A stretch of DNA of 63,466 bases, filler included, from Craspedostauros australis (taxonomy: Eukaryota): the NCBI GenBank assembly GCA_030167865.1. It is 5 parts of 5 records of this genome, joined end to end, with 100 filler letters (N's around TTAATTAATTAA, not from the genome) between each part and the next. Parts side by side here need not be neighbours in the genome. Positions count along the whole stretch, not along the records: positions 5,607 to 26,358 come from JALAGF010004626.1; positions 26,459 to 46,473 come from JALAGF010004628.1; 3 more parts are not named here. One strand, written 5' to 3'. The notes beneath the pieces were generated by a model, which was not told where the DNA came from, did no database searches, and worked only from the letters and a program-made list of their open reading frames with translations. The position numbers and the translations under genes were made by a program. Shown here piece by piece: positions 26,201 through 37,797 of the stretch (positions are counted from its first letter, which is position 1; every line of letters starts with the position of its first letter).

Positions 26201-26358
26201 TGTCCAGCAGCCAGGACTGGATGAGACCCAGCGAGGCTCGATCGGCCCACTGGAGGTCGTCGATGGCCATGACCACTGGGCAGTAGCTGCAGAGGATCTG
26301 CATGAACCTGCGCAGCACGTACTTGATTCGTTGTGTGTGGCCTTCGTAGCTGATGGAC
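23217..26358 (-). repeat. ~3.1-kb duplicated segment, reverse complement of 57089-60240
   Basis: Protein and 3' flank match; similarity ends at about 23217/60240. Confidence 0.92.
23487..26358 (-). CDS. STAND-class (AAA_16/COG3899-like) NTPase with helical repeats; 5'-truncated by the scaffold end
   Basis: Walker B VVMAIDDLQWAD, IIGLYRSN, KTAGNMFFIQQYL, YAFIHDKVQEAA, DQALANER, YGQWGANKKV. Near-identical to 55839-59960. Confidence 0.85.
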
Positions 26359-26458
26359 NNNNNNNNNNNNNNNNNNNNNNNNNNNNNNNNNNNNNNNNNN
26401 NNTTAATTAATTAANNNNNNNNNNNNNNNNNNNNNNNNNNNNNNNNNNNNNNNNNNNN
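26359..26458. other. Artificial scaffold spacer
   Basis: 44 N + TTAATTAATTAA (26403-26414) + 44 N. Confidence 0.97.
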
Positions 26459-28321
26459 ACATCTACACTTCAATGTGCAATGGTCCAATACTGAAACGCA
26501 ATGGTTCCGATATGACGTGATCCGAGCAGACCATCCCGAAATAGTAGCACGATACATCATTGACAATGAACCACGACGCAACGGTCGACACAATCGGCAA
26601 TCGCAAGTCCTACTCAAGTGGGCGAAACATGCACTGCGAGCTATCAGGCGCAGAATCCGAAGAATCGAGCGAACTCGAGCCTTCGCCATGGACGACGACG
26701 ACAACATCATCATCATCAGACGAATCCGTCCAGGCAAGAAGAAGCCGAAACGAGACTACTTCGCCACTGTGTATCAATACGGTGTNGAGGTCCCACGCAA
26801 CATGAAACATGCATTGCAACTGGATGAGGCCAACGGGGATCACCAATGGAGAGACGCAGCGAAGAAAGAGATCGACGCATTGATCGAACTCGACTGCTTC
26901 ACGTTTCACCCATCAACGTACCAACCACCACCAGACTACCAGAGCACGAAACTCCGACTCATATTCGCGGTCAAGCAAGATCTGCGACGTAAGGGGCGCT
27001 TGGTAGCAGGCGGGCATCTCATCGAGCTGGCGGACAACATCCGAGTCTACTCTTCCACTGTCAAGTCGACAAGCGTCCGCATCCTCGATGCAATAGCAGA
27101 TGCAAACAACCTGCAACAGCTATGTAGCGACGTCGGCAATGCATTCGTCAATGCATACACCAATGAGAAGATCTACGCGACAGCAGGAAAGGCATTCGAC
27201 GACAAAGAAGGACAAGTCATCGTGCTCAAGAAGGCACTGTACGGTCTTCGGTCGAGCGCTCAACGATTCCATGCACACTTCGCCAACACTCTCTCATCCA
27301 TGGGATTCACGCCATCGCGGCATGATCAGGATGTATGGATCCAACGCAGAGACGAATCTGGTTACGACTACATCTGCACCCACGTGGACGACTTCAAGAT
27401 AGTCGCCAAAGACCCAGATCAGTACATGAAAGCGATCCAACAAGTCTACACAGTCAAAGACATTGGACCGCCGAAGTACTATCTTGGCAACGATTATTCC
27501 AGGAACGCAAAAGGAAAATGGAGCGTCAGATGCGACAAATACATTTCCAATGCTCTGGACAAGATCGAACGGCTCCATGGGGAACTGCATGACCAATATG
27601 TGCCCATGAAGAGCAAGGATCATCCGGAAACGGATGATACGCCACTACTAACACCTGACGAGCAACAACAGTTCCAGCAGCTCATCGGCATGCTGAACTG
27701 GGTTGTACAGCTCGGACGTTTCGACGTCACATTTGCCACCTCTTCTCTCTCACGTTTCACTTCGACACCACGAAAAGGGCATCTCACGAGAGCACTTAAG
27801 ATATGGGGATACCTCAAAAGCAAATCCACGCTGAGAACCATGATCGATTCAAAACCTATCGCATTCGAGAACTTCAATCCAGAATCGCCCAACCCGGAGA
27901 TGGTTGCACAGATGAAGGAAGAGTACCCCAAAGCGGCTGAGGACATTGACGATCAGGCACCGGCAGCGATATATCCTGAGATCCAGATGTGCGCATTTGT
28001 CGATGCGGACCATGCTCACGATCTGGTCACGCGGAGATCGAACACCGGCATCATCATCTTTCTGGGGCGCACCCCAGTGCACTTCTCCAGCAAACGCCAG
28101 ACATCAGTCGCAACGTCAACATACGGAGCAGAATTCAATGCAATGCGCTCGGCAACCGAGGAAATCATTGCACTCCGATACGCACTCCGATCTCTGGGAG
28201 TCACAGTCAAAGCGCCAACGATCACCTTCGGTGACAACAATGCAGTGATATCGAACACGACCATTGCAGACAGCTTGCTTCAAAAGAAGCACGTGGCAAT
28301 CTCATTCCACAGAGTCCGCGA
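26459..28321 (+). mobile_element. Ty1/copia LTR retrotransposon pol fragment (reverse transcriptase + RNase H)
   Basis: KQDLRRKGRLVAGGH, SDVGNAFVNA, LKKALYGLRSS, YICTHVDDF, AFVDADHAHDLVTRRSNTG, STYGAEF, FGDNNAVI, KKHVAISFHRVR. No stops; bounded by gaps on both sides. Confidence 0.95.
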
Positions 28322-28986
28322 NNNNNNNNNNNNNNNNNNNNNNNNNNNNNNNNNNNNNNNNNNNNNNNNNNNNNNNNNNNNNNNNNNNNNNNNNNNNNNN
28401 NNNNNNNNNNNNNNNNNNNNNNNNNNNNNNNNNNNNNNNNNNNNNNNNNNNNNNNNNNNNNNNNNNNNNNNNNNNNNNNNNNNNNNNNNNNNNNNNNNNN
28501 NNNNNNNNNNNNNNNNNNTAGTCAAATACTGGTCGGGGGCTGTCTTCGGACAGCACTCACAAATAAACAACAAGAGCTCCGACCAGGGCACGAAACAACG
28601 GGCCAATACGTCTTTCGTAGTTACTTGCACTGTTTGACAGTCGTGACACACATCATCCGTGCCGTTTTCTTGGAGCGCGGTTGTTTTGGTGGTTGTGGGC
28701 GCAAAGATCTGAATGTCAAATAATTCATCTAACCTTCCATCAGCCATGAGCCAAATTGGATTGTCGACTTCAACAGTGTTTTATTTCTATTTTGAATATT
28801 TACCCAAGCTCCCACAATCCACAACCTTGGAATGTTAACTTGCACAAGAAATATTGTGCGAATACTCCACGAGTAAGATGAAAGAGTACGCTGGTGCTAT
28901 GATAGTTTAACGTCCAATCCATGCCAACACAACATGGATGGGAAGGGTTCAGTAGGTGGGAAACGAGTGGAACCATTCTCAACGAG

Positions 28987-31425
28987 TTAGTCGAACGATA
29001 GGCTCATGTTCGGGATAACTAAGGCAAGGAGAGCGACGGATGGCCGGGCAAGCGACAAGAGCCGGTCGCATTGCTGAAGAAGCGCGATACCTTCGACGAC
29101 AGTCTGTTGAGAGCATTTCTGCTGGTGATTGCGATGGTGGCGATTGCCAATGGTAGCATGCACCAAGGAATAGCAATACTGCTGGAGGACGAGTATGGCT
29201 GCTGATGCTGTGACCACGACGATGCCGTAGGCGGTCATGTAACATGGTGGAAATCCTTCCCTGTGCAAAACTGAGTACAGGAATACGACATTGGTGACGT
29301 CATGGACAGCCCCAGGCGCCTGAAGGCATCTGAGGATGTGGTGGGACACGATCGTGGCCACGAGCCTCGCTGTGTGAGCCAGTGCGCAAGAGCCCAAGCA
29401 AGTCCCGAGGCGGAGCGTGTCTTCCCAGTCAGCCCACCATCCTGTCGGCGGCCTGGCGTAGGATTGGACGAAAGCATGTGTCCAATCGCCAACGAGATTG
29501 CCGGGCGTCATCAAGCCATTCGGATCAGCAACACGAGCGTGGTCGTTGCAGTCGCACATCAGTTGGGCAACAAGTGCCCAAGCTGAGACAGCGGCCGGGT
29601 TTAGCTGTGCACTTGTGCGTGAGAGGAACCAGGTCGTTGCGGTCGGAGCAAGCAGCCAGCTCATGTAACTCAGCATGATTACTTCGCTGGCGATCCTTTT
29701 GATTGCTTCCGAAATCCTGCATTGCAAAGACTCGATCGATCGTTGCGATCTTTCATTCTGGCCATCCCGCAGTGCATTCACGAACATCTCATGATCATTC
29801 ATAGCAGCCGGGAACTGGCTCGCGGACACTTGGAGTGAGTCGCGAAGAGGGGTGCAAAGCGATCCTGGCGGAAACCGATCGCCAGGAGGATGACTATGAG
29901 CAGCACCGTCATTTGACCTCGGATATTGGACAAGCGTCGGGGGTCCATCGAGGGGGCTGCGCATGCTGCGCTCCTCGGTGTATGGTGGCGGATGGCCTCG
30001 CAGTGTGTGAGTGCGATCCCCGCTTCTTGTTTGCAACGCGAGAGCATTAATTCTATCACCGCCGCTTTCAGCACAAGGTCCGCACTCATCTCTCAAGGGC
30101 TCTGCACATGAGATTGCGGTTGAGGTTGTCTCCGTCGCCGCGACTGGGGCACTATCGTTGCATGACGTTGCTCTTGCTAGCGGTGGTGTTGGCCATGATC
30201 GCGGCGATGAATCTCTTTCATTTCCACGAACACTAATGGATGGTTCCTGTGTTGTCCTGCCATCGCCAATGCGAGTATCAAGTCCTCTACCAGCATCCAT
30301 GTCGACATTGGCGCGTGCATAAATATTGTCATTCGTCGTGTCAGCGAGGGAGCATGGTGCCCTTGGTTGTTGTGCGATGCTGTCATGAGCTTGCGCTGCA
30401 TCCTTACTTGTTCCGCTTACGTTGTCGCTGTGTCTAATTGGGCTGTCCTCCCCAGTATGAGCGTGCACGCTCATTGTGCGATATTCAGCACGCTGGGTTT
30501 TCTTCCGTGAATGCAACTTGCGCACCCATATTATCGGCGCCAGCGTTATTAGCAACGCGAAAGACGACAGGAGCAATAAATAGTGATGCCGCCAAGCCTG
30601 TGCCATGCCGTGGCAAAACCTCGATTGGCAAACGAAAAGCATCGAAGATGCGTCATGCTTGAGCGGTTTGGTGGTTACCACCAGGATGTCATCGGCAGCC
30701 TCAATGCTTGGCAGTGTGGCGTGGTCTTTCCGTGAGCTTTGGTGTTCCTTTCGCTCCTGGCTTTGATCCATGCAAGAGCCGGCGGTCGCAGCGCAGCTTC
30801 CACTGCGCATGGGATTAAGGAGGTCATCACGCCGTTGCTGGAAGGATGAGACGACTTCGATATCGCTGGATTGGTCTGCAGATTCGTCGTCACCCAAGAG
30901 CTCCAGAACGATCTTCGCTATGTCGTCGTTCATGGTTTCATCGTCGTCGTCGTCGTCGTCGTCGTCGTCAGTAGTGAAGGTATTGATGTGAACGTCGTTG
31001 TTGCCGTTGTTGCTGCTGCTTCCGTTGCTGCAGGTGACAATCTTGTTGGCCACGTCGCTTTCGTACAACACAGCGAAGTCGTCGCTGTTTGTATCGCAGT
31101 CTGTATCTGCAGGAACGGAGGAGGTACGTCGCGTGGTACTCGTACGAGTAGGGAAGCTAGACAGATGCTGTCCATTCAGGCCGAAATGGGGCTGTGGTTG
31201 CGTCTTGAGATGTGACGCCCAAGAATCCCAACCATTCGTTTCCATCTGTGATGCGTGCACAATTGCCTCTTGGATTCCAATGAGGTTGCCGTCGGTGATG
31301 GTGATTACGTTGGCCGGCGATCCTGACTGCGATGTGATGTGATGTTGTGCCAACCGACATCGTTTTTGTGGGTGTTGTGGGTGTTGGAGTTTGGGCAAGT
31401 GAGAAGAGGCACGCACACGGAACAC
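28987..31425 (-). CDS. Hypothetical membrane protein (up to 812 aa)
   Basis: Long ORF with a poly-D tract, a central TM (YLLLLSSFALLITLAPIIWV) and a hydrophobic C-terminal region. Start uncertain. Confidence 0.65.
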   Translation of the reverse strand: MFRVRASSHLPKLQHPQHPQKRCRLAQHHITSQSGSPANVITITDGNLIGIQEAIVHASQMETNGWDSWASHLKTQPQPHFGLNGQHLSSFPTRTSTTRRTSSVPADTDCDTNSDDFAVLYESDVANKIVTCSNGSSSNNGNNDVHINTFTTDDDDDDDDDDETMNDDIAKIVLELLGDDESADQSSDIEVVSSFQQRRDDLLNPMRSGSCAATAGSCMDQSQERKEHQSSRKDHATLPSIEAADDILVVTTKPLKHDASSMLFVCQSRFCHGMAQAWRHHYLLLLSSFALLITLAPIIWVRKLHSRKKTQRAEYRTMSVHAHTGEDSPIRHSDNVSGTSKDAAQAHDSIAQQPRAPCSLADTTNDNIYARANVDMDAGRGLDTRIGDGRTTQEPSISVRGNERDSSPRSWPTPPLARATSCNDSAPVAATETTSTAISCAEPLRDECGPCAESGGDRINALALQTRSGDRTHTLRGHPPPYTEERSMRSPLDGPPTLVQYPRSNDGAAHSHPPGDRFPPGSLCTPLRDSLQVSASQFPAAMNDHEMFVNALRDGQNERSQRSIESLQCRISEAIKRIASEVIMLSYMSWLLAPTATTWFLSRTSAQLNPAAVSAWALVAQLMCDCNDHARVADPNGLMTPGNLVGDWTHAFVQSYARPPTGWWADWEDTLRLGTCLGSCALAHTARLVATIVSHHILRCLQAPGAVHDVTNVVFLYSVLHREGFPPCYMTAYGIVVVTASAAILVLQQYCYSLVHATIGNRHHRNHQQKCSQQTVVEGIALLQQCDRLLSLARPSVALLALVIPNMSLSFD

Positions 31426-32214
31426 GTTTGGGATTTGAATTTGAAAGCCATTTTTCCAAACCCCATCAACGGCATCATTTCGGAAGCGTGTGCCACGAAA
31501 AACTGTCAGTTTCCGACCCTCGTGATTGGTTTTGGTTGGTCATTGTTTCACGAGTTGACTTTAGCACCCACGAACAAGAAAACGGCGTAAACAAGAACGG
31601 GAAACATGTTGGAAACAGGCAAACACCAAAAATGACGCAGCACAAAAAAGACGACGAAAGAACCGAACGACCAAAACCGCACAACGCCACGGCGCAGCAC
31701 ATGACGTAACGCGAAACTGTTCTCGAGGCCTCTCTGTGTGGCAACGACAGCGACCACACACACACACAAAAGAAGAAAGCGCAAATCAGCACCACACACC
31801 ACAACACAATCTTCGAGGAAGGAAGCAAAGAGAAAGAGAGGCAGAACAAGAGCAAAGTGAAGAGCGCAATAGAGTATAACACTCGCAAAGACACAGTCCA
31901 CCACACCCACTCCAGTCATATAGTCGAAGAGCGCGGATTTATTCGCAGGACACAGCTGTAGCTACCGAACAGACCCAGCTGCGTAGAGGCAAAGCGTACT
32001 GATCCAACTACTATTCAGACACCAACAGTCCGAGACGACGAGAAAAAAGCAAACACAAATCCCGAACACCTAACCAAAACAGAAGAAAACAAAGAAGCAA
32101 CGCAATTCGACAAGTGAGAGCCTCAGGTCAGACAGTCTTCAAACCCGCACGACAACCAGATACAATCTACGAGACAACCTACGAGACAAACTACAAGACA
32201 ATCTACAACGCAAG

Positions 32215-32892
32215 ATGGTCAGCGATCTGTGCACACGCCGCCTCACCAAGGAACTGGCATCCTTGCGCAAGGACCCAATGAAGTCGCCGCGCATCGTGGT
32301 TGCACCCAACGAGGCCAACATCCTGGAGATGCACTACGTGATCGAGGGCTCGGCCAAAACGCCCTACGAAGGCGGAATCTACCACGGGAAGCTCATCTTC
32401 CCCAAGCAATACCCATTGAAGCCGCCTGGCGTCATCATGCTGACCCCAACGGGACGCTTCCAGCCCAACAGGCGCCTCTGCTTGTCCATGTCGGACTTCC
32501 ATCCCGAGACGTGGAATCCGATGTGGTCCGTCAGCACCATCCTCACGGGACTGTACTCCTTCATGATCGAGACCTCGCCGACGCTGGGCTCCATCGAGAC
32601 CACGACGGCACAGAAGCGAAGGCACGCCAGCCAAAGCCTGGAGTACAACATGCGGGATGTCCAGTTCCGACGCCTCTTCCCCGAATACGTCGAGCTGCAC
32701 AACGAACGCCAACAGCGACGACAGCAGCAGCCGCAGAACTCAACGAGATCACAGGATCCACTCACGTCGACCATATCGCAACCGCCGGGACCTTTGGGGG
32801 GCGGTCAGATCGGTGGCATCAACGGCGCAATGGCCATTTCGGCGGGGATCATCGCCATTCTGTCTCTCTTCTTCGCCAGCCGGTTCTATTGA
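32215..32892 (+). CDS. UBC6: Tail-anchored ubiquitin-conjugating enzyme E2 J (Ubc6/UBE2J2-like, ERAD)
   Basis: TPYEGGIYHGKLIFPKQYPLKPP, TPTGRF, RLCLSMSDFHPETWNPMWSV (catalytic Cys); C-terminal TM. Confidence 0.93.
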   Translation: MVSDLCTRRLTKELASLRKDPMKSPRIVVAPNEANILEMHYVIEGSAKTPYEGGIYHGKLIFPKQYPLKPPGVIMLTPTGRFQPNRRLCLSMSDFHPETWNPMWSVSTILTGLYSFMIETSPTLGSIETTTAQKRRHASQSLEYNMRDVQFRRLFPEYVELHNERQQRRQQQPQNSTRSQDPLTSTISQPPGPLGGGQIGGINGAMAISAGIIAILSLFFASRFY

Positions 32893-34375
32893 GTTTCGCT
32901 CTCTTGTCCATCGCGGTGCTCATGTTCGTCATGGTGGTGCCGACAATGGTGCCGTCGGTTTTGTCGGCGGGGGAGAATGGAAACCAAACATTCATCATCG
33001 CCGCAGCCCTCGGCATGAACCACGCCATAAATGAAGACTTGAATACAGACTTGACCATCGCAGAAATGGCCCGCTGTGCGATGCTGCCAACACTCTTCAC
33101 TGCAACCGCCACTGATTCAATCGGGACTTCGTGCATACTCGGTGGCACCTCAACCAGGTTCATTACAGCACCAGTCTCACAACTCATTCGGAAGGCCCAA
33201 GGTGGTGGTGGTGGTGGTGGTTGGATGGTCTGCGGATGGCACTGTGCAATGAGAATACCATACAAAATGTCTCATTGCTCCATAGATATCGACGATTACT
33301 GCTTACGAACAGTGCACAGATGGGTACGCATGCATATATATATAGATTCCTGTCCTATTGAAGGGGTGACTCAACGATCCGTTTGCCCACCAGCATCCCG
33401 ACGTGAACATGTGGCATCATGGAGTGGGCGTGTCCGGTATGCGCCGCAGTCGTAGCAGCAAGCAGTCTATCTCTAGAGACACCCTGCGTGGTACCAGTGT
33501 CAGTGTTATCTGCCAACGAGTACAACATCACGCTCCACCCAACTCAACTCTGTCCTAATCTTCACCACAATGGACTACCGCAGCGAGAGAGAGATGACGT
33601 ATCCAGATAGTACCACGTGTGGTTTCTGGGTAGCCTACACGAGTAGTTTTAGCCGCAGCGGCCATTCCACCAATGCCGCGTGGCAAGTTTTTCTTCGTGT
33701 CTGTCCGTTGTGGGACTTGTTCGCTTCGCTTGGATGGAGGTCTTCCATGGCGTTGGGAACGCAATTCTCTCTTTCTGCCGCCTCTTCATCTCCTTCGGTT
33801 GATGGGTGGCTGATGACTGACACTTGATGATCGTCTGGTGAGTGCACTCTACTCTACTCTGTGCATGTAGGTAGGTAAGTACCGCTATCGTGCATGGCAG
33901 CGATGGGTGGAAGCCGGCGACTTCTGTGACAAGCACTCTGAAGAATAGACTGATGTTGAATCGATCCGATCCGATCCACTTCGGCCTTCTACTTCCACCT
34001 TCCACTTCCACTCACATCGCGTGATACCGTATCGTCTCGTCTCGTTTGGGTTGCGTCGTGAAACGCTGCATGGCAGAGCACCACACTCTGCTCCAACAGA
34101 GTACGACACCAACAGAGTACTCTACGCGCTTTTGCACCCATTCCACGCAAACGATGCCCTTCGATCGCCACTGTCATCATCCAGATTTTCACGTACACTT
34201 GCTTCTGCGTCTGTAATTGGGGATCATCAACTGTCTCCACGCCCACACAAAATCAGAGGACAGACTCTGCGATTCCACGAAAAGCGTCGCAATCGCAACG
34301 ACCGTGCCGTCGTATCCCTCTTCCCACGATTCTTTCGCTTACTACTCGCAGTACTCTGCCGTAGCTACATCCACC

Positions 34376-36075
34376 ATGGTGCAATCAATCACAATGGGAT
34401 ATCACCGCTCAGCAGCAATCACGCCGCGCTCACTCCAAGCATCATCGACGTCAACACCATGCTTCCGCTTGACATCGCGATGGATCGTCGTTACATTCTG
34501 CATCATCAGCCTCCATCTGATGTCATGCATGCATCACGGCGTTGGCTGTTGCCATGGCCAAACCGTGACCTTGCGAGATGATGCCAAGTACCGGGTGCCG
34601 ACGCTGGACGAATTGGAGCAAATGTCCAATGAAGACCTCGAAAAGATCTGCCTTGATCGCGGCTTCGAGCTGGTGGCAGAGGATGATGGTGGCGATGCAG
34701 GTTCCTGTCCGATCAACGGTCCCGATTGCGAACCCATCCTGACGCATGAGGATTACGTCGAAGCTGCACAACGGTGTCTGCAAATCGAACGGGAAATGTG
34801 AGTACTATGCGCATGCGCATGGCGGGTCTGCCAATCAGCTCGTGTATGTATCATATGGGCATGAGTGTGCGAGTGGCTATACCTTGCATGCATTGTACGG
34901 CACAGCTCAGCGCCATTCCGATCCTGCATCACTTTTAACTCACAGGACGCTGCGCCTTTCATCCTCGCATCGATTTGTCTGCGACTCTCTCGCGTATTCC
35001 GTGATTATTGTCACAATGGCGCGATCGGCACTGTGATGCAATCAACTGCATGCGCCACCGTGCTGTGGCAATCGGTATGACGCCGACACCTCCTCGCAGG
35101 AACGAAGTGCTGGAGGAGCACCCAGAACTCGTGCTGGAGTTGGAGGATGAGATCCAACGGATGAAGGAGGAAAAGGAGCGTTTGGAGCAGGAAAATCGAT
35201 TGCGCAAGAAGCAGATCAACGACTTGAAACTCCAAATAGAGGAGCAAGCCGCAGCGGCGGTCTTGGAGAAGGATGGGAGAGATGCTGGGGGTGGATCCGG
35301 TGCGGGCTTCGCCGGTATAGGCAGCGAATCTGAAGTTGCGTCCAAGAAACCTCCAACCAGCGACGCGGCTGGTGCTGACGTGCAATCGAATGAGGCTGAA
35401 GAACCGACGGGAGCAGTCCCTAGTGGCGACGGAATTGCAAGCGAAGATCCAATGAATGTAGCAGGTGATGATGAACGCGACAATCCAATACCGACCGATC
35501 CAGCCGCGTCCGACGTACAATGCGTGGGTGATCAACCACAAAGTACGGCTACGAATACAGATATCGACGAAGGTAACGGCGACGGTGGTGACCTGAGTAG
35601 TAGCGGTAGCGCAGGCGAGGCCCAAGACGAGACGGCAGCCGCAAGCACTCCCACTGCAGAGACAGAAAATGACATGCCAGAGGAGCCCCAACAAACAGAT
35701 GAAGCCGTTGTCGCGGTCAACGACGAACCGCACATCGACGAATTCAGCCTGCGGGCGTTCTACGATGAATTCATCCAAACCATCTCGTCGAACACCCGCA
35801 GGGAAATCAAGATCCTGCTCAAGATCCTCCTGCCCATCGCGCGGCCGATCTTGAATGCCGGAGATCTTGTCTGGCGGCAAGTCAAGCTGGCGGTCCAGAT
35901 GATCGAACGGCACGTGGATTATCTGCGCAGAATGCTGGAAGCAAGTAGCGGCGGCGGGAGTGGTAGTAATGGTGATGGCGATACCGAATGCGATGACGAC
36001 GGCGACGTGGTGGGTGTCGACGGTAGCGTCACCGGCGATGGTAGCAACGGTGGTGCAGAAAGAATGACAACGTAA
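34376..36075 (+). CDS. Hypothetical secretory-pathway protein with coiled coil and acidic region; exons 34376-34797 and 35100-36075
   Basis: Intron 34798-35099 (GTGAGT...CGCAG) gives in-frame IEREMNEVLEEHPEL. N-terminal hydrophobic stretch; helical motif LEQMSNEDLEKICLDRGF. Confidence 0.7.
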
Positions 36076-36538
36076 ACCAAACATGCACAGGAAGACTAGT
36101 CAGAGTGTTGAAACAGCAGTTGCTCTTCGCTTGTCCCCATCTCGCAGCGGAATACAGTATGCATACGAGCACTGAATACGCATGATGATGTGTCGACTAT
36201 ACTCCACTTAGAATAGTGCTATAATGGTCCTTGCAGTACGATCTGTGAATCCCTGCTTGTGTACATGACCGAATGCGACACCAGCAGTTTGTACTCATCT
36301 GCGCGTAGACGAAATAGTTGCACATTGATTCGTGAAGGAATGAAAGAAGGGCTGGAAGCATCCTATTCACCCTGCCCCGTCCGTTGCCACTCTCTATCTA
36401 TCTCTCCAGCAGAAAGAGTTGTTGCTGTCTTTGCGGAAATGTTGGTGATGTCCGTAGTTGGCCACAAGCGCGATGCGTTCTTCCACAAAACGACGAGGGA
36501 CGATATCGTACTCGCTACCACAATGCGATGCGATGCAA

Positions 36539-37006
36539 TCATTTGTCATCCTTTGTGGGTGGATTCCACAGACCCTTGAGGCAGCCCTTGATGCCGCCCT
36601 TCGAAGAGAGCGAGATTCGACCAAGGCCGAGCATGGTGATGGCCGCCAGACCCACGTTGAAGATACGCGCCGGTCCCGTCAAGGATTTGGAAATCTTGGG
36701 GACGTAGTCGGTGACCACGTAGTTCATGCCAACCCAGCTATGAGCGGCGATGTTGACGGAAAGGCCCAGGCCGAAGATCTTGTTGACGATGCCGTCCGTG
36801 TAGGCATCTGGCACGAGGAAGAAGACCGGCGTTGCGACGGCCAACGCGGTTGTCATGGTGTGATGGGCATGCGTCGCCAGTGCTCCAGCATCGCCTTCGA
36901 TGGCGCTCTTCGTGGACATGTTGCGAGCGCTGCCACGGGACAGGGCCGCCCGCGATGCCAACCTCGATCGGTGGAGCACAGAGCTTCGCGCGAAACTTCG
37001 AATCAT
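36539..37006 (-). CDS. SDH4: Succinate dehydrogenase cytochrome b small subunit (CybS), mitochondrial
   Basis: R/S-rich presequence; AAHSWVGMNYVVTDYVPK (heme His and DY motif); three hydrophobic segments. Confidence 0.85.
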   Translation of the reverse strand: MIRSFARSSVLHRSRLASRAALSRGSARNMSTKSAIEGDAGALATHAHHTMTTALAVATPVFFLVPDAYTDGIVNKIFGLGLSVNIAAHSWVGMNYVVTDYVPKISKSLTGPARIFNVGLAAITMLGLGRISLSSKGGIKGCLKGLWNPPTKDDK

Positions 37007-37797
37007 TTTGATTTGATGGCTCTGGGTATCGAATGGAATAGAGATAAATTAGAGTTGAATTAGAGTAGAGTCGAGTTGTTTGAATCGACTTGATGCCTTT
37101 GCGTTGATCCTTGCAATGCGATGAACACTCCTGGTGGTCTCTCTCCTTGCCTCTTGCTTCTTTCTGATGATGCTGGAACCGATGCTCTCTCGTTCTGCTT
37201 CGCATTTGTGTTCTCTGCCTCGCCCACACCCACACCCACGAACTTCGCGTGTGGCCAAGGAGGGGAAGCAACATGGCCAGATGGCAAAAAGGCAACGACA
37301 CAACAACAACAACGACAACGACAGTTCTTCTCTTCTTCTCCGGCGAAAGCGATCTGCCTTCGATGGCGAACAAAGAACATTGTATGTGATTGACTAACTG
37401 GAGTGGTTTCGACGAGTTGGAATCCAACTGATCACATTCAATCGACAAGATCGAAGAAGTGAAACCTGCCAACAACCGCAAACCACAAACACAACCAACA
37501 ACATCACGAAGGCAACACAAACACAGCAACCATGTGTGAAACACACAGCGAATGCAACGCTCCACCATGGCGCGAACGCTCCGCACAACCTCAGCAGAAC
37601 GTGCGACGACGACCATCGAATCAAGACGAACGGCGATCGAGGGCTCGTGCACAAGCCTCATCAAGCTACGAGCACGATTATTGGTGGATTGCTTTGGCCC
37701 CTTGTGATACTGGCACAAACACTTGAGACAATACTGCGATAGCCAAACCCAGCAACACTTCGAGCACTATCAGCGACAGCATCGAAACAACGCCACC

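Noticed and set aside
32229..33455. 408-aa ORF overlapping UBC6
   Set aside because: Alternative-frame shadow of a GC-rich gene running into the 3' region; no motifs.
35011..36084. Long antisense ORFs (also 38514-39314, 48559-49207, 7778-8599)
   Set aside because: Antisense shadows of genes with biased codon usage.
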